Below, in pieces: positions 49,207 through 59,730 of a stretch of DNA of 64,000 nucleotides; position 1 is the stretch's first letter; the number at the start of each line of letters is the position of its first letter. The position numbers and the translations under genes are program-made. Where the stretch lies: NCBI GenBank assembly GCA_963645035.1, contig CAVIQY010000002.1, forward strand, positions 557 through 64,556, given 5' to 3'. Source of the stretch: a bacterium (GTDB lineage Bacteria > Bacillota_I > Bacilli_A > Erysipelotrichales > Erysipelotrichaceae). Below the pieces are notes generated by a model, which searched no databases, was not told where the DNA came from, and saw only the letters and a list, made by a program, of their open reading frames with translations.

Positions 49207-50574
49207 ATGAGTACGAAAGAGCTAGTAGAAGGTTATAAAGATGAACTCGTAGAAAAACTGGCAAAACTTGTAAGTATAAATAGTGAACAAGGAGAAGCTA
49301 GTGAAGATGCTCCATTTGGTTTAGGGCCAAAGACAGCTTTAGTTACAGCTTTAGATATGCTAGATAAAGATGGATTTAAAACTGTTAATTTAGATAATTA
49401 TGCAGGATATGCAGAAATGGGTGAAGGGGATGATGTAATTGGTATCATTGGTCATCTAGATATTGTACCTGCTAAAAAAGAAGATGGTTGGGATACAGAT
49501 CCATTTGTACAAACAGAAAAAGATGGCATTTTATATGGTCGTGGTGTAAGTGATGATAAAGGTGCAGTAGTCGCATCAATGATTGCGATGAAAGTTATTC
49601 GTGACTTACAAATTCCATTAAATAAGAGAATTAGATTAATCATGGGAACAAACGAAGAATCTGGTTCTAAATGTCTAGAATATTATGTGGAAAAAGAAGG
49701 AGATGTAACATTTGGTTTTACACCAGATGGAGATTTCCCTGGCGTATATGGTGAAAAAGGAATGATTAAAGCATCTTATCATTCTAAAAATACAAATATC
49801 TTAGATATTGAAGGTGGTTCTGTTTCTAATGTTGTTTGTTCTAAATGTACAATCAAAGTTCAAAAACAATCTTATTCTGCAAAAACATTAAAAGATTATT
49901 TTGAACAAAAGAATTTAACTTATTCTATTGAAGAAAAAGAAGATGGAGATGTAATTACATTACAAGGTGTTGCGGCTCATGCGTCTATGCCAGAACTTGG
50001 TGTAAATGCGATATCTGAATTATTTACAGCCTTAAAACAAGCAGGTTACCAAGATCCATTTGTAGATTTCTATTGTAGTCATTTTGGACTAACAACGGAT
50101 GGTTCTTTATTTGGGGCAGCTTGTTCAGATGAATATGGTGCTTTAACTGCTAATAATGGTGTAATCCATATGAAAGATGGTGTAATCACGGGAACAATTG
50201 ATATGCGTTCTCCAGTATCCATGAATGTTAAACAAGTTATTCGTCAAATGAATGAAGAAAATCGTTTAAGTGATGAAGGTGGCGAAATTGTCATTGAAGG
50301 AAGTCGTGATCCATTATTCTATCCACCAGAATCTACTTTAGTTTCTAATCTAGTTCAAGCATATAGAGATGTTACTGGGGATACAGAAGCTGAACCAATG
50401 ACAATTGGTGGAGGAACATATGCAAAAGAAATCGGTAATACTATCGCATTTGGTTGTGCTTTCCCTGGAAAAGACTATCGCATTCATAACACAAATGAAT
50501 GGGTAGAAATCGATGAACTCTTGTTACAAGCGGAAATCTACGTACAAGCAATTATCAATTTATTAAATGTCTAA
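49207..50574 (+). CDS. M20 dipeptidase (PepV/Sapep-like)
   Basis: GHLDIVP, GRGVSDDKG, NEESG, GGGTYA. Confidence 0.9.
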   Translation: MSTKELVEGYKDELVEKLAKLVSINSEQGEASEDAPFGLGPKTALVTALDMLDKDGFKTVNLDNYAGYAEMGEGDDVIGIIGHLDIVPAKKEDGWDTDPFVQTEKDGILYGRGVSDDKGAVVASMIAMKVIRDLQIPLNKRIRLIMGTNEESGSKCLEYYVEKEGDVTFGFTPDGDFPGVYGEKGMIKASYHSKNTNILDIEGGSVSNVVCSKCTIKVQKQSYSAKTLKDYFEQKNLTYSIEEKEDGDVITLQGVAAHASMPELGVNAISELFTALKQAGYQDPFVDFYCSHFGLTTDGSLFGAACSDEYGALTANNGVIHMKDGVITGTIDMRSPVSMNVKQVIRQMNEENRLSDEGGEIVIEGSRDPLFYPPESTLVSNLVQAYRDVTGDTEAEPMTIGGGTYAKEIGNTIAFGCAFPGKDYRIHNTNEWVEIDELLLQAEIYVQAIINLLNV

Positions 50575-50617
50575 TGAGTAGCCCAAGGGCTACTCTTTTT
50601 GTTGTATAATAAGAGAC

Positions 50618-51454
50618 ATGAAAAAAGTAGCGATATTATATGATTTTGATAAAACATTATGTGATAAAGATATGCAAGAATATAGCCTAATCCCTACATT
50701 AGGTTATGATGATCCAAATTTGTTTTGGAAAAAAGTTGGGGAATTAAGTGTAGAACATCAAATGGATAAAATTAGTGCATATTTGTATCTATTACAAAAA
50801 GAGTTTGCGGATCAAGGGACACCTTTAAGAAAAGAAGATTTTTTACCTTCAGGTAAGAAAATTAACTTATATCCTGGTGTAGATACTTGGTTTGATCGTA
50901 TCAATAAAATTGGTAGAGATTTAGATTTAGAAGTAGAACACTATGTTATTTCTAGTGGAATGAGTGAAATCATTGAAACTGTTGATATAGCAGATAAATT
51001 TAAAAAGATATATGCATGTAAGTATTTTTATGATGAAGAAGGTATTGCTAAGTGGCCTGCAGTAATTGTGAACTATACAACGAAAACGCAATATATTTTC
51101 CGTATCAATAAACAAGTATTAGATGAACATAACGATAAAGACTTAAATACTTGGATTAAACCATCAGAAAGACCTATTCCGTTTAAAAGAATGATTTATA
51201 TTGCGGATGGGTTAACGGATATACCATGTATGAGACTAGTACGTGAATATGATGGTAGATCAATAGCGGTATATAATCCTAATGATAAAGGACCAAGCAA
51301 AGAAGCTGTTCAACTTGTAAAGGAAAAACGTGCTGATTTTATGAGTAAAGCAGATTATCGTGAAAATAAAGATATGGAAAAACTTGTAAAACAAATATTA
51401 ATCACGATAGCAAATGTAAGTAAATTAGAAGATCTTGAAGGGAAAATCCAATGA
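50618..51454 (+). CDS. HAD-superfamily hydrolase
   Basis: YDFDKTL, ISSG, IADGLTDIP. Confidence 0.85.
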   Translation: MKKVAILYDFDKTLCDKDMQEYSLIPTLGYDDPNLFWKKVGELSVEHQMDKISAYLYLLQKEFADQGTPLRKEDFLPSGKKINLYPGVDTWFDRINKIGRDLDLEVEHYVISSGMSEIIETVDIADKFKKIYACKYFYDEEGIAKWPAVIVNYTTKTQYIFRINKQVLDEHNDKDLNTWIKPSERPIPFKRMIYIADGLTDIPCMRLVREYDGRSIAVYNPNDKGPSKEAVQLVKEKRADFMSKADYRENKDMEKLVKQILITIANVSKLEDLEGKIQ

Positions 51455-52182
51455 AAAAGAAGAAAAGAAGACGTAGAAGAAGGCTAAATAAAATAGCTGT
51501 TCTTTTAGGAATATGTATTATTTTAATTATATGTGTTGTATCAGGACTAATATTTTTAGCATGTTCTTCAAATAAAGGAAAAACGGTTATTGCATTAGAT
51601 GCAGGACATGACGTAACTAATCCTGGTTATTCAGGGATGATTACAGAATACGAATATACATCTAAAATGACAGAAAAACTCAATACATTATTTAAAGCTG
51701 ATAATCAATTTGAAGTGATTTTGACGCATGATGCAGATGAAGATATGCCACTAGGACAAAGGGTAGAGAAAGCAAATGATGTAGATTTAGTGTTAACGAT
51801 TCATGCAAGTTTTAATGGTGATTCGAATGTATCAGGAATTCACGCTCTAGCTAAACCTACTAACAAAAAAGGACATGATCAAAGTAAAGCAGTTGCTCAA
51901 AAAATAGCTGAAAAAGTTGAAAATTGTACCGCGGCTTATGAATATTATGAGCCTTTAAAAGAGAATGAATATGATATTAAATATGTCGATATTAATGATG
52001 AAACGACATATGAATATGAAACACTAGAATTTATGGAAGCGACAGATATTCCTGTGGTTCAAGTAGAAGGAATGTATGTGACAAGTCAAAGTGATGTAGA
52101 TACATATATGAGTGATGAAATGATTGATACTGTTGCGCAAAATATCTATGAAGCAATCAAAGAAGTATATGTAAAGGAATGA
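51451..52182 (+). CDS. Membrane-anchored N-acetylmuramoyl-L-alanine amidase (Amidase_3-like)
   Basis: Basic N-terminus plus TM, IALDAGH, TIHA, V.VE motifs. Confidence 0.78.
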   Translation: MKKKKRRRRRRLNKIAVLLGICIILIICVVSGLIFLACSSNKGKTVIALDAGHDVTNPGYSGMITEYEYTSKMTEKLNTLFKADNQFEVILTHDADEDMPLGQRVEKANDVDLVLTIHASFNGDSNVSGIHALAKPTNKKGHDQSKAVAQKIAEKVENCTAAYEYYEPLKENEYDIKYVDINDETTYEYETLEFMEATDIPVVQVEGMYVTSQSDVDTYMSDEMIDTVAQNIYEAIKEVYVKE

Positions 52183-52183
52183 T

Positions 52184-52873
52184 ATGTTAAATTCTGAAAG
52201 ATATTTAAATGCATATGCGTCTATTGAAAAATCATTGAATGAAATTAATGGTTCAAAAAAGTATATTCCTTTTTCGCAATTATTAGCTTCTACTGCTAAA
52301 CAAAATAAGTTAGTAGAAAGACATTATGCAGATTTAAAAGAATATAACGAATTAAGAAATGCAATTGTTCATCATCGTGATGAAGAAATGGAAATTATTG
52401 CTGAGCCAAGTGATGCGACAGTAAAAAACATTGAGCATATTGCAGAAGTACTTAAATCAGGTAAATATGCATTGAATTATGCGAGTAAAGATGTCGTGAC
52501 GATTTCTAGTGAAGCAACAATATTAGAAGCGTTTAATCAAATGAAAGAAGCTCATTTATCGAAGATTCCTGTATATCGAAATAAAGAATTTTTAACGTTA
52601 GTTACTATGGAAGAAATCGCTAAATGGGGATTAAATCATGAATTTCATGATCAAAATATCATGGAAGTAATTGAAGGAAATAAAGCTGAGAGAGTCGTTT
52701 TTATTCATGCGAAAAGTTCAATCCATGACGTAATCTGTTTGTTTGAAAACTCAATTAAAAATAAAGAAAAGACACCGTTTATTATCATTACGGAAAAAGG
52801 GAATAAACAAGAAAAACCATTAGGGATTATTTCTTCCTATGACTTAATTGGTATCTTATCCGCAATGCTATAA
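52184..52873 (+). CDS. CBS-domain protein
   Basis: ELRNAIVH N-terminal domain and a CBS pair (SKIPVY, PLGIIS.YD). Confidence 0.75.
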   Translation: MLNSERYLNAYASIEKSLNEINGSKKYIPFSQLLASTAKQNKLVERHYADLKEYNELRNAIVHHRDEEMEIIAEPSDATVKNIEHIAEVLKSGKYALNYASKDVVTISSEATILEAFNQMKEAHLSKIPVYRNKEFLTLVTMEEIAKWGLNHEFHDQNIMEVIEGNKAERVVFIHAKSSIHDVICLFENSIKNKEKTPFIIITEKGNKQEKPLGIISSYDLIGILSAML

Positions 52874-52946
52874 AGTATGATAAATATTGCATTTTACATG
52901 TTAAAAGCTACAATAAAGTTAGCAAAGCATTAAAAGGAGAAGCAAA

Positions 52947-53240
52947 ATGGATCAATCAGGAAATACGCTTACAAAAAAAGCACTTATTGAGCAAATCGCT
53001 GAAAACCATAATTTAACAAAAAAAGATGCGACTGAAGTAGTGACTGATGTATTCGAATTAATTGGTAATACATTAAAAAATGGTGGTGTAGTTGACATTA
53101 CAGGTTTTGGTAAATTTGCAGTAAAAGAAAGAAAATCAAGAACAGGGGTAAATCCTAGAACAAAAGAAAAGATTAAAATTAATGCGACAAAAGTTCCTGG
53201 ATTTAAACCAAGTAAAACATTAAAAGAAAAAGTAAAATAA
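52947..53240 (+). CDS. hup: HU nucleoid-associated protein
   Basis: GFGKF...RTGVNPRT..I.I...KVPGFKP. Confidence 0.93.
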   Translation: MDQSGNTLTKKALIEQIAENHNLTKKDATEVVTDVFELIGNTLKNGGVVDITGFGKFAVKERKSRTGVNPRTKEKIKINATKVPGFKPSKTLKEKVK

Positions 53241-53278
53241 GTAAAAGAGGGAAACCTCTTTTATTCATAGGAGTGAAT

Positions 53279-54265
53279 ATGGGTAAATATATTGAATTAC
53301 ATTGTCATTTTGATGGTTCCTTAAATGTACAAAAAAGTTATGAATTAGCTAGAGATAGAAATATTATTCCTGAAAGTATGAGCTATGAAGAATTTGCAAA
53401 AGAAATGCCTGTACCTTCAGATAATGTTAGTTTAGAGACATTCTTAGATCACTTTAAATTTCCATTAGCAATCTTACAAGATAAAGAAGCTCTATATGAA
53501 TCTATGATTGCTTGTATTGGAGATTTAGAAAAAGATAACTTATGTTATGTGGAATTAAGATTCGCTCCTCAAGCACATGTACAAAAGGGATTATCGCAAG
53601 AAGATGCAGTACTAGCTTGTATTGAAGGTGTAAATAAGGCAAAAGAATTATATCCTGATATAACCGTGCAACTTATTCTTTGCATGATGTGTGATAACAT
53701 TGGGGATAGCGAAGTAAATCTAGAAACAGCTAGACTATCCGCAAAATATTATCAAAAAGGTGTATGTGGTTTAGATCTAGCAGGTGCTGAAGGATTAGTA
53801 CCTTATGCTAACTATCAAAAATGTATTGCGATTGCGAAAGAAAAACATGTACCAATTACATTACATGCTGGAGAAAGTGGACCTAGTTCAAATGTTCATG
53901 ATGCTTTAGCACTAGGCGCTGATAGAATTGGCCATGGAGGACATGCGCTAGAAGATGAGGCTGTTGTACAAGAACTATTAGATAAGCAAATGGTTCTAGA
54001 ACAATGTGTCACATCCAATATTCAATGTCATAACCAACCTAGCTATGAAGGTCATTCTTTAAGATCTTTATTTGACAAAGGGGTAAAAGTTACAATCAAT
54101 ACCGATAATCGTTCTTTATCTGGTACAACTCTTCAAGAAGAAATCGATAAGGTTAAGAAATATATGCATTTTAATGATGAAGAAATTCATCAAATGATGC
54201 TTAATGCAATAGATGGTGCTTTTACTAGCGAAGAAGAAAAAGAAAGATTAAGAAAACTAATATAA
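53279..54265 (+). CDS. add: Adenosine deaminase
   Basis: ELHCHFDGS, ELRFAPQ, HAGE, RIGHG, NTDN. Confidence 0.92.
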   Translation: MGKYIELHCHFDGSLNVQKSYELARDRNIIPESMSYEEFAKEMPVPSDNVSLETFLDHFKFPLAILQDKEALYESMIACIGDLEKDNLCYVELRFAPQAHVQKGLSQEDAVLACIEGVNKAKELYPDITVQLILCMMCDNIGDSEVNLETARLSAKYYQKGVCGLDLAGAEGLVPYANYQKCIAIAKEKHVPITLHAGESGPSSNVHDALALGADRIGHGGHALEDEAVVQELLDKQMVLEQCVTSNIQCHNQPSYEGHSLRSLFDKGVKVTINTDNRSLSGTTLQEEIDKVKKYMHFNDEEIHQMMLNAIDGAFTSEEEKERLRKLI

Positions 54266-54297
54266 AAAAGATGTAAGCTTATCGCTTACATCTTTTT
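54265..54297. terminator. Bidirectional terminator
   Basis: AAAAAGATGTAAGC-TTATC-GCTTACATCTTTTT. Confidence 0.85.
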
Positions 54298-54733
54298 AGA
54301 ATGTATAACACATTTTAATATGTTCAATGCCATCTTCTAGAAATGGTTCAGAGATTTGTACAAAACCACATTTTTCATATAGGCTTCTTGCATAAGTTTG
54401 TGCTTCAATGATGATTTTATCCGCGTGATATTTTTCCTTAGCGATACTAATACCAAGTTGAACAGCTAATGTTCCATAGCCTTTTCTTCTATCTAAAGAG
54501 AGAACTCTACCAATAGATACTTCATGGAATGGATTATTTTGATCAATGACTCTACAATAAGCGACAATTTTATGGTTTTCTTCTAACCAAATATGATATG
54601 CATTTTGATCTAAATTATCTACTTCTTGGTAAGGACAATTTTGTTCTACGACAAATACACTTGTTCTAATTCTTAATAACTCATATAACTCACTAGGAGT
54701 TAATTCACTAAATTGTTTGATGAATATTTCCAT
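54296..54733 (-). CDS. ElaA-like GNAT acetyltransferase
   Basis: VFVVEQNCPY, IGRV, FLEDGIEH. Confidence 0.9.
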   Translation of the reverse strand: MEIFIKQFSELTPSELYELLRIRTSVFVVEQNCPYQEVDNLDQNAYHIWLEENHKIVAYCRVIDQNNPFHEVSIGRVLSLDRRKGYGTLAVQLGISIAKEKYHADKIIIEAQTYARSLYEKCGFVQISEPFLEDGIEHIKMCYTF

Positions 54734-54734
54734 A

Positions 54735-55721
54735 TTATTTTAGCTCAAATGTTAATTTTGCCTTTTTGTTTTCATAATCAAAATGACAAATTGCACCATT
54801 AATAAATGTCATTGTAGGAATCGTATGACCAATATCCGCATCATAGAAGTAAGGAATATCACCGAGAGCTCTAGATAAAGCTTCTTCATAAGTTAAACCT
54901 GTTCCATTGCTAGAACCAAATAATGTTCTACCAACAATTACCGCTTTTACTTCATCTAACCAACCAGCATATTTCATCTGTAATATTGTTAGATAGAACG
55001 CTTCAGAAGTTAAAGCAAAATCTTCAAAATAAAGAATGATTCCATCTTCTTTATACTTTTGATTGAATTCTTTCATGCCATCAAATTTTGTGCCAATTAA
55101 ATCTTTTAATACATCTAAGCATCCACCAACTAATCTACCTGTAGTATGAATCGAAGATACATTTGATTTCCAAGTGTTTGGCTTATCAAATACTTCAGGT
55201 AAACCAGAGAAACGCTTTGTAGAAGAAATAAAATCATAACTTTCTTGAGTGATTAAGTTTCCTTCAATTAAAGATAAACAATTATCTAATGAAACATGAG
55301 ATGGATTTAAATCAAAGCTACCAGCATTCATGCCATACATTGTCGCAACATCATATTTGACGGTATAAGTAAATAATAAGCTAGTAGGATCAGACATACC
55401 TAATAACCACTTTGGATGATCTTTCATATATTCAAAATCTGTATCTTGAAGCATTTCGTATAAGAAATCACCACCTGCAGCAGCCATAACGACATCTACC
55501 TTATCGTTTTCAAAAAGTTCTTTTAGTTCTTTTGCACGTGTTTTTGCGTCAGCACTTCTTAACTCTTTACTTCTTACAGAATCTGTTTCGATAATGTGAT
55601 AACCATGTTTTTTTAGATAAGTAATTGCTTGATCAAAATCTTCAGGTTTATCGCCAACACCAGCACTAGGAGCACATATACCAATTGTTCCATTTTGCTT
55701 TATAAATTTTGGATATTTCAT
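54735..55721 (-). CDS. S66 LD-carboxypeptidase/MccF-like peptidase
   Basis: IGICAPS, GGD, GMSD, GRLVGGCL, DIGH; start set from SD AAGGAG. Confidence 0.88.
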   Translation of the reverse strand: MKYPKFIKQNGTIGICAPSAGVGDKPEDFDQAITYLKKHGYHIIETDSVRSKELRSADAKTRAKELKELFENDKVDVVMAAAGGDFLYEMLQDTDFEYMKDHPKWLLGMSDPTSLLFTYTVKYDVATMYGMNAGSFDLNPSHVSLDNCLSLIEGNLITQESYDFISSTKRFSGLPEVFDKPNTWKSNVSSIHTTGRLVGGCLDVLKDLIGTKFDGMKEFNQKYKEDGIILYFEDFALTSEAFYLTILQMKYAGWLDEVKAVIVGRTLFGSSNGTGLTYEEALSRALGDIPYFYDADIGHTIPTMTFINGAICHFDYENKKAKLTFELK

Positions 55722-55834
55722 AAAATTCTCCTTAATAATCAATACTATTTTATACAAAATTGAAAAAGTGTAAATGTAATGATTTTTTGAGGTGTGCTAA
55801 ATTGAAACTGTAATTAAGGAGAGAATATTTAAAT

Positions 55835-57214
55835 ATGGCAAGAACATTTTCAGAGAGTGTGAAGGCTTTTGGAGCTAAACAAGTATTAAGTTATTTGCAA
55901 AAGGATCCAGAAAAGCATATTCCACAAATTATTGACTGGTTAGAGAAGTATGGCGGTAAAAAAGCTATGCCAGGACAACTTGCATTCGTTAAGCAAGCAT
56001 TATCAAACAAAGATAACAAATGGTATAAATATGCAATGAGCATTTTCAATGATATCGATCCTCACTGTATTGAAAAATTCATGGAAGATTTCGTTATCAA
56101 TTCAGCATTATTAGGCTTACCTCAAGAAAAGAAGATGGCTGAAAAGTACAACTGTAACGTTCCTTGGACAATCTTATTTGATCCAACGTCAGCTTGTAAT
56201 ATGGCATGTACTGGTTGCTGGGCAGCTGAATATGGACATACATTAGCTTTATCTTATGAAGATATGGATAAGATTATCACTCAAGGTAAAGAACTTGGTG
56301 TATATATGTACTTATTAACAGGTGGTGAACCTCTAACAAGAAAACAAGATATCTTAAAGTTAGCTGAAAAACACAATGACTGTTATTTCCACATCTTTAC
56401 AAATACAACATTAATTGATGAACCATTCTGTAGAGAAGTCGTTCGTTTAGGTAATATTTCTTTCGCACCAAGTATTGAAGGAAGTCGTGAATCAACAGAC
56501 TCAAGACGTGGTGAAGGATGCTATGACAAGGTTCTAGCAGCTTTAGATTTATTAAAGAAATATGGAATCGTATTTGCAGTATCTATTTGCTATACACATG
56601 CAAACTATAAAGAAGTTACAAGTGATGAATTCATCAACTTATTAATCGAAAAGGGTGCTAAGGTTGCTTGGTACTTCCACTATATGCCAGTAGGAGCTGA
56701 CGCTTCACCTGACTTATTACTAAGACCTGAAGAAAGAGAATATGTATATAACAGAGTAAGATATATCCGTTCTGAAGAAAGTCCATTCCCTATCTTCACA
56801 ATTGACTTCCAAAACGATGGTGAATATGTTGGTGGATGTATTGCCGGTGGTAGAAACTATTGCCATATCAACTCAAATGGTGATGTTGAACCATGTGTAT
56901 TCATTCACTACAGCCAAGCAAATATCAAGGACCAAGACTTACTTGATTGCTTAAGACAACCATTATTCATGCAATATCATGATAACCAACCATTTAATGA
57001 AAATATGCTTCAACCTTGTCCAATGCTAGAAAATCCTACAAGACTAGGCGAAATGGTTGAAAAATCAGGTGCACATAATACAGACTTAGTTTCTAAAGAA
57101 TCTCCAGCTGACTTAGCGAAGAAGACAATTCCATACGCAAAAGAATGGGCTCCTAAAGCTAAAGAGTTATGGGAAAAAGAAAAAGCAGAAAAAGAAGCTA
57201 AGAAAAACGCATAA
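55835..57214 (+). CDS. Radical SAM protein with SPASM/twitch-like C-terminus
   Basis: CNMACTGC, TGGEP, GCIAGG..YCHI...G.VEPC. Confidence 0.9.
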   Translation: MARTFSESVKAFGAKQVLSYLQKDPEKHIPQIIDWLEKYGGKKAMPGQLAFVKQALSNKDNKWYKYAMSIFNDIDPHCIEKFMEDFVINSALLGLPQEKKMAEKYNCNVPWTILFDPTSACNMACTGCWAAEYGHTLALSYEDMDKIITQGKELGVYMYLLTGGEPLTRKQDILKLAEKHNDCYFHIFTNTTLIDEPFCREVVRLGNISFAPSIEGSRESTDSRRGEGCYDKVLAALDLLKKYGIVFAVSICYTHANYKEVTSDEFINLLIEKGAKVAWYFHYMPVGADASPDLLLRPEEREYVYNRVRYIRSEESPFPIFTIDFQNDGEYVGGCIAGGRNYCHINSNGDVEPCVFIHYSQANIKDQDLLDCLRQPLFMQYHDNQPFNENMLQPCPMLENPTRLGEMVEKSGAHNTDLVSKESPADLAKKTIPYAKEWAPKAKELWEKEKAEKEAKKNA

Positions 57215-57292
57215 CTTTATAAATTGAAGGCACTTTGCTCAATGCAAGTGTCTTTTTTTGTTGTAGAATGAAGATAACTAGGAGATAAGAAT

Positions 57293-58129
57293 ATGACAAA
57301 TCATGTGAAACTAGTCGTTGCGGACATTGATGGAACATTAGTAGATGATGTAAATCATGAAATGATGCCTGTTACTAAGAAGGCTTTGCATATTTTACAA
57401 GATCATGGCGTATATTTAGGAATAGCATCTGGTAGAAGCGTAGATCAAACGATGAAAAATAGAATCAAAAATTGGGGCTTTGAGAAACCGTTTGAACTAC
57501 TGATTGGACTAAATGGTGGTGAAATCTATGATGAAGTTCATCATACAAAGACAGAATTCTATAAGTTAAAAAAAGAATATGTAAAAGAAATTATCGAAAT
57601 GATGGCTCCATTTAACTTAAATCCGTTTATTTATCGAGATGATTATATGCTTGCTAGTAGGATGGATAAAGATATGGAAGCTTCTAGTAAAAGAAATTCG
57701 CAAGGGGTTCATATTGCAAAAGATATCAGTGAATTATATGAAACAGATATATCTAAGATTATGTTTAGAATGCCTGCAGAATTAATGCCTAAAGCAGAAG
57801 AGAGAGTCGCTTCATTTGGTGAAAAACCGTATCGAGCATTTAAAACACAAACAACAATGCTTGAATTTATGGATAAGAGAATTAATAAAGGAAATGCATT
57901 ACGGAAATTCTGTGAAGATAATGAAATTGCATTAGAGGATGTTATTGCCTTTGGCGATATGACAAATGATAATGAATTGCTAGAAACAGCTGGTTGGGGC
58001 GTATGTTTATGTAATGGAAATGAAGAGACAAAAGCGATTTCTAATGATATTACTATTTACGATAATAATCATGATGGTTTAGGATATTATCTAATGAAAA
58101 AAGTAATCCATAAGAAAGAGTGGGAATAG
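57293..58129 (+). CDS. Cof-type HAD-IIB hydrolase
   Basis: DIDGTL, ASGR, NKG, FGDMTND. Confidence 0.92.
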   Translation: MTNHVKLVVADIDGTLVDDVNHEMMPVTKKALHILQDHGVYLGIASGRSVDQTMKNRIKNWGFEKPFELLIGLNGGEIYDEVHHTKTEFYKLKKEYVKEIIEMMAPFNLNPFIYRDDYMLASRMDKDMEASSKRNSQGVHIAKDISELYETDISKIMFRMPAELMPKAEERVASFGEKPYRAFKTQTTMLEFMDKRINKGNALRKFCEDNEIALEDVIAFGDMTNDNELLETAGWGVCLCNGNEETKAISNDITIYDNNHDGLGYYLMKKVIHKKEWE

Positions 58130-58130
58130 T

Positions 58131-58919
58131 ATGAGTGAAACACAAATAAAAATAAAAAAACATCGTATTTATGATCATCCAATTATTGGAGCAATTGTTG
58201 GAATGATCTTAACACTAGTAGCATATATATTGCTTATTGGTATAGCAAAAGTGATATATCCTTCAGATACAGATATAGCAGCAAGCATTAGAAGTATTAT
58301 TGCGGCTAGTATATGTTTATTATTTCATGCATTTTATTTTAGAGGAGATATTCAAAATTTCTTTAAAGTAAAAGGCTTAAAAAAAGGATTCTTATTAGGT
58401 TGGAGTATCATCGCTGTAGCGTTAATCTCTCTTGTGGATGATTTCATAGAACAAGAACAATTAGGTAGTGTAATTGTGGCGCTTATTTCAGGACTAGCAC
58501 CAGGATTAAGTGAAGAAACAATCTTTAGAATTATTCCTTTATCTATTGCAATGCGTAAATTAGAGGATAAAAAGAAATTACTTATTCCTTGTATAATTAC
58601 AAGCTTACCATTTGGATTATTACATCTAGCGAATATATTCATGGGAGCAGATGTTACTTCTTCTATTATTCAAGTATTATATGCTATTGCAATTGGTATA
58701 TTACTAGCAGGAATATATGTTCGTACAAAGAATATGTGGGCAATTATAGGACTACATACATTTATGGATTTTATTGCTTCTTTAAGTCAAAGTATGCAAG
58801 ATTCAGGTGGCATTTTGACAGAATCTGTTAATACCGCATCAATCATTATCTTACTTTGCTTTACTATCGCATTTTATATCAATGCAATTGGAGTTTGGCG
58901 TACAAATCTAAAGAAATAA
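58131..58919 (+). CDS. CPBP/CAAX (Abi) intramembrane protease
   Basis: EETIFR, FGLLH and H.FMD motifs, multi-TM. Confidence 0.87.
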   Translation: MSETQIKIKKHRIYDHPIIGAIVGMILTLVAYILLIGIAKVIYPSDTDIAASIRSIIAASICLLFHAFYFRGDIQNFFKVKGLKKGFLLGWSIIAVALISLVDDFIEQEQLGSVIVALISGLAPGLSEETIFRIIPLSIAMRKLEDKKKLLIPCIITSLPFGLLHLANIFMGADVTSSIIQVLYAIAIGILLAGIYVRTKNMWAIIGLHTFMDFIASLSQSMQDSGGILTESVNTASIIILLCFTIAFYINAIGVWRTNLKK

Positions 58920-58958
58920 ATGAAAAGGCATACCACTTTGTTGTGATATGCCTTTTTG

Positions 58959-59729
58959 CTAATCTACTTTTCTTAAAATATCTAAAGTATGAGAGCTTGC
59001 ACCAATTAAATCTTGTCTTTCACAAGTAGATAAATGATATTGCATAAATAGTTCGAATGTTTCTTCATCCATCTTATTTAAGATAGGTCTCATGTAATCA
59101 CTTGGACCATCTGCCGCAATGATTTGTATTCTCTCTAAATTTAGTTCGGAATTTAGCTCATTAATTTGTTCGATACGAATATAGCTATATAAATCATCAA
59201 TACTAGTTTGTGTCTGGAAATTAGAATCAATCTTACCTGATTGCATCGCTTCTTTGATGTAATTGTCTCTAAAGCCATGAATTAATATACTATACTCATT
59301 CATGACATAAGCGACAAAGATAACACCATTCGTTTTGGTGACTCTTTTTGCTTCAGATAAAGCTTGTATTTTATCTTGGGGATTAAATAAGTGATACATT
59401 GGTCCTAATAATAAAGTGATATCAAATGTATTATCTTTATATCTTGAAAGGTCTAATGCATTTCCTTGAACAGCTTTTACATTACTTTTTTTTGCCTTTA
59501 ATACACCTAAGTTATTTTTAACAAGTTCTATCGCATCAACTTCATAACCTTCATTACTTAAAGCTACACTATATCTTCCTGTACCAGCACCAATATCAAG
59601 TATTCGATTATTAGGTTTTAGATATTTATGGATATAAGTCATAGAAGTACGGTATTCTACTTGACCATGTCTTGATAATAACCGTTTATCTTCACAGAAC
59701 TTACCATAGTAGTTTTCTAATTCATTCAT
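58959..59729 (-). CDS. Class I SAM-dependent methyltransferase
   Basis: ILDIGAGTGRYS, LLGPMYHL. Confidence 0.9.
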   Translation of the reverse strand: MNELENYYGKFCEDKRLLSRHGQVEYRTSMTYIHKYLKPNNRILDIGAGTGRYSVALSNEGYEVDAIELVKNNLGVLKAKKSNVKAVQGNALDLSRYKDNTFDITLLLGPMYHLFNPQDKIQALSEAKRVTKTNGVIFVAYVMNEYSILIHGFRDNYIKEAMQSGKIDSNFQTQTSIDDLYSYIRIEQINELNSELNLERIQIIAADGPSDYMRPILNKMDEETFELFMQYHLSTCERQDLIGASSHTLDILRKVD

Positions 59730-59730
59730 T

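Noticed and set aside
55835..58919. Radical SAM plus CAAX protease as a RiPP or bacteriocin cluster
   Set aside because: No precursor peptide or exporter is present, and a terminator and a Cof hydrolase separate the two genes.
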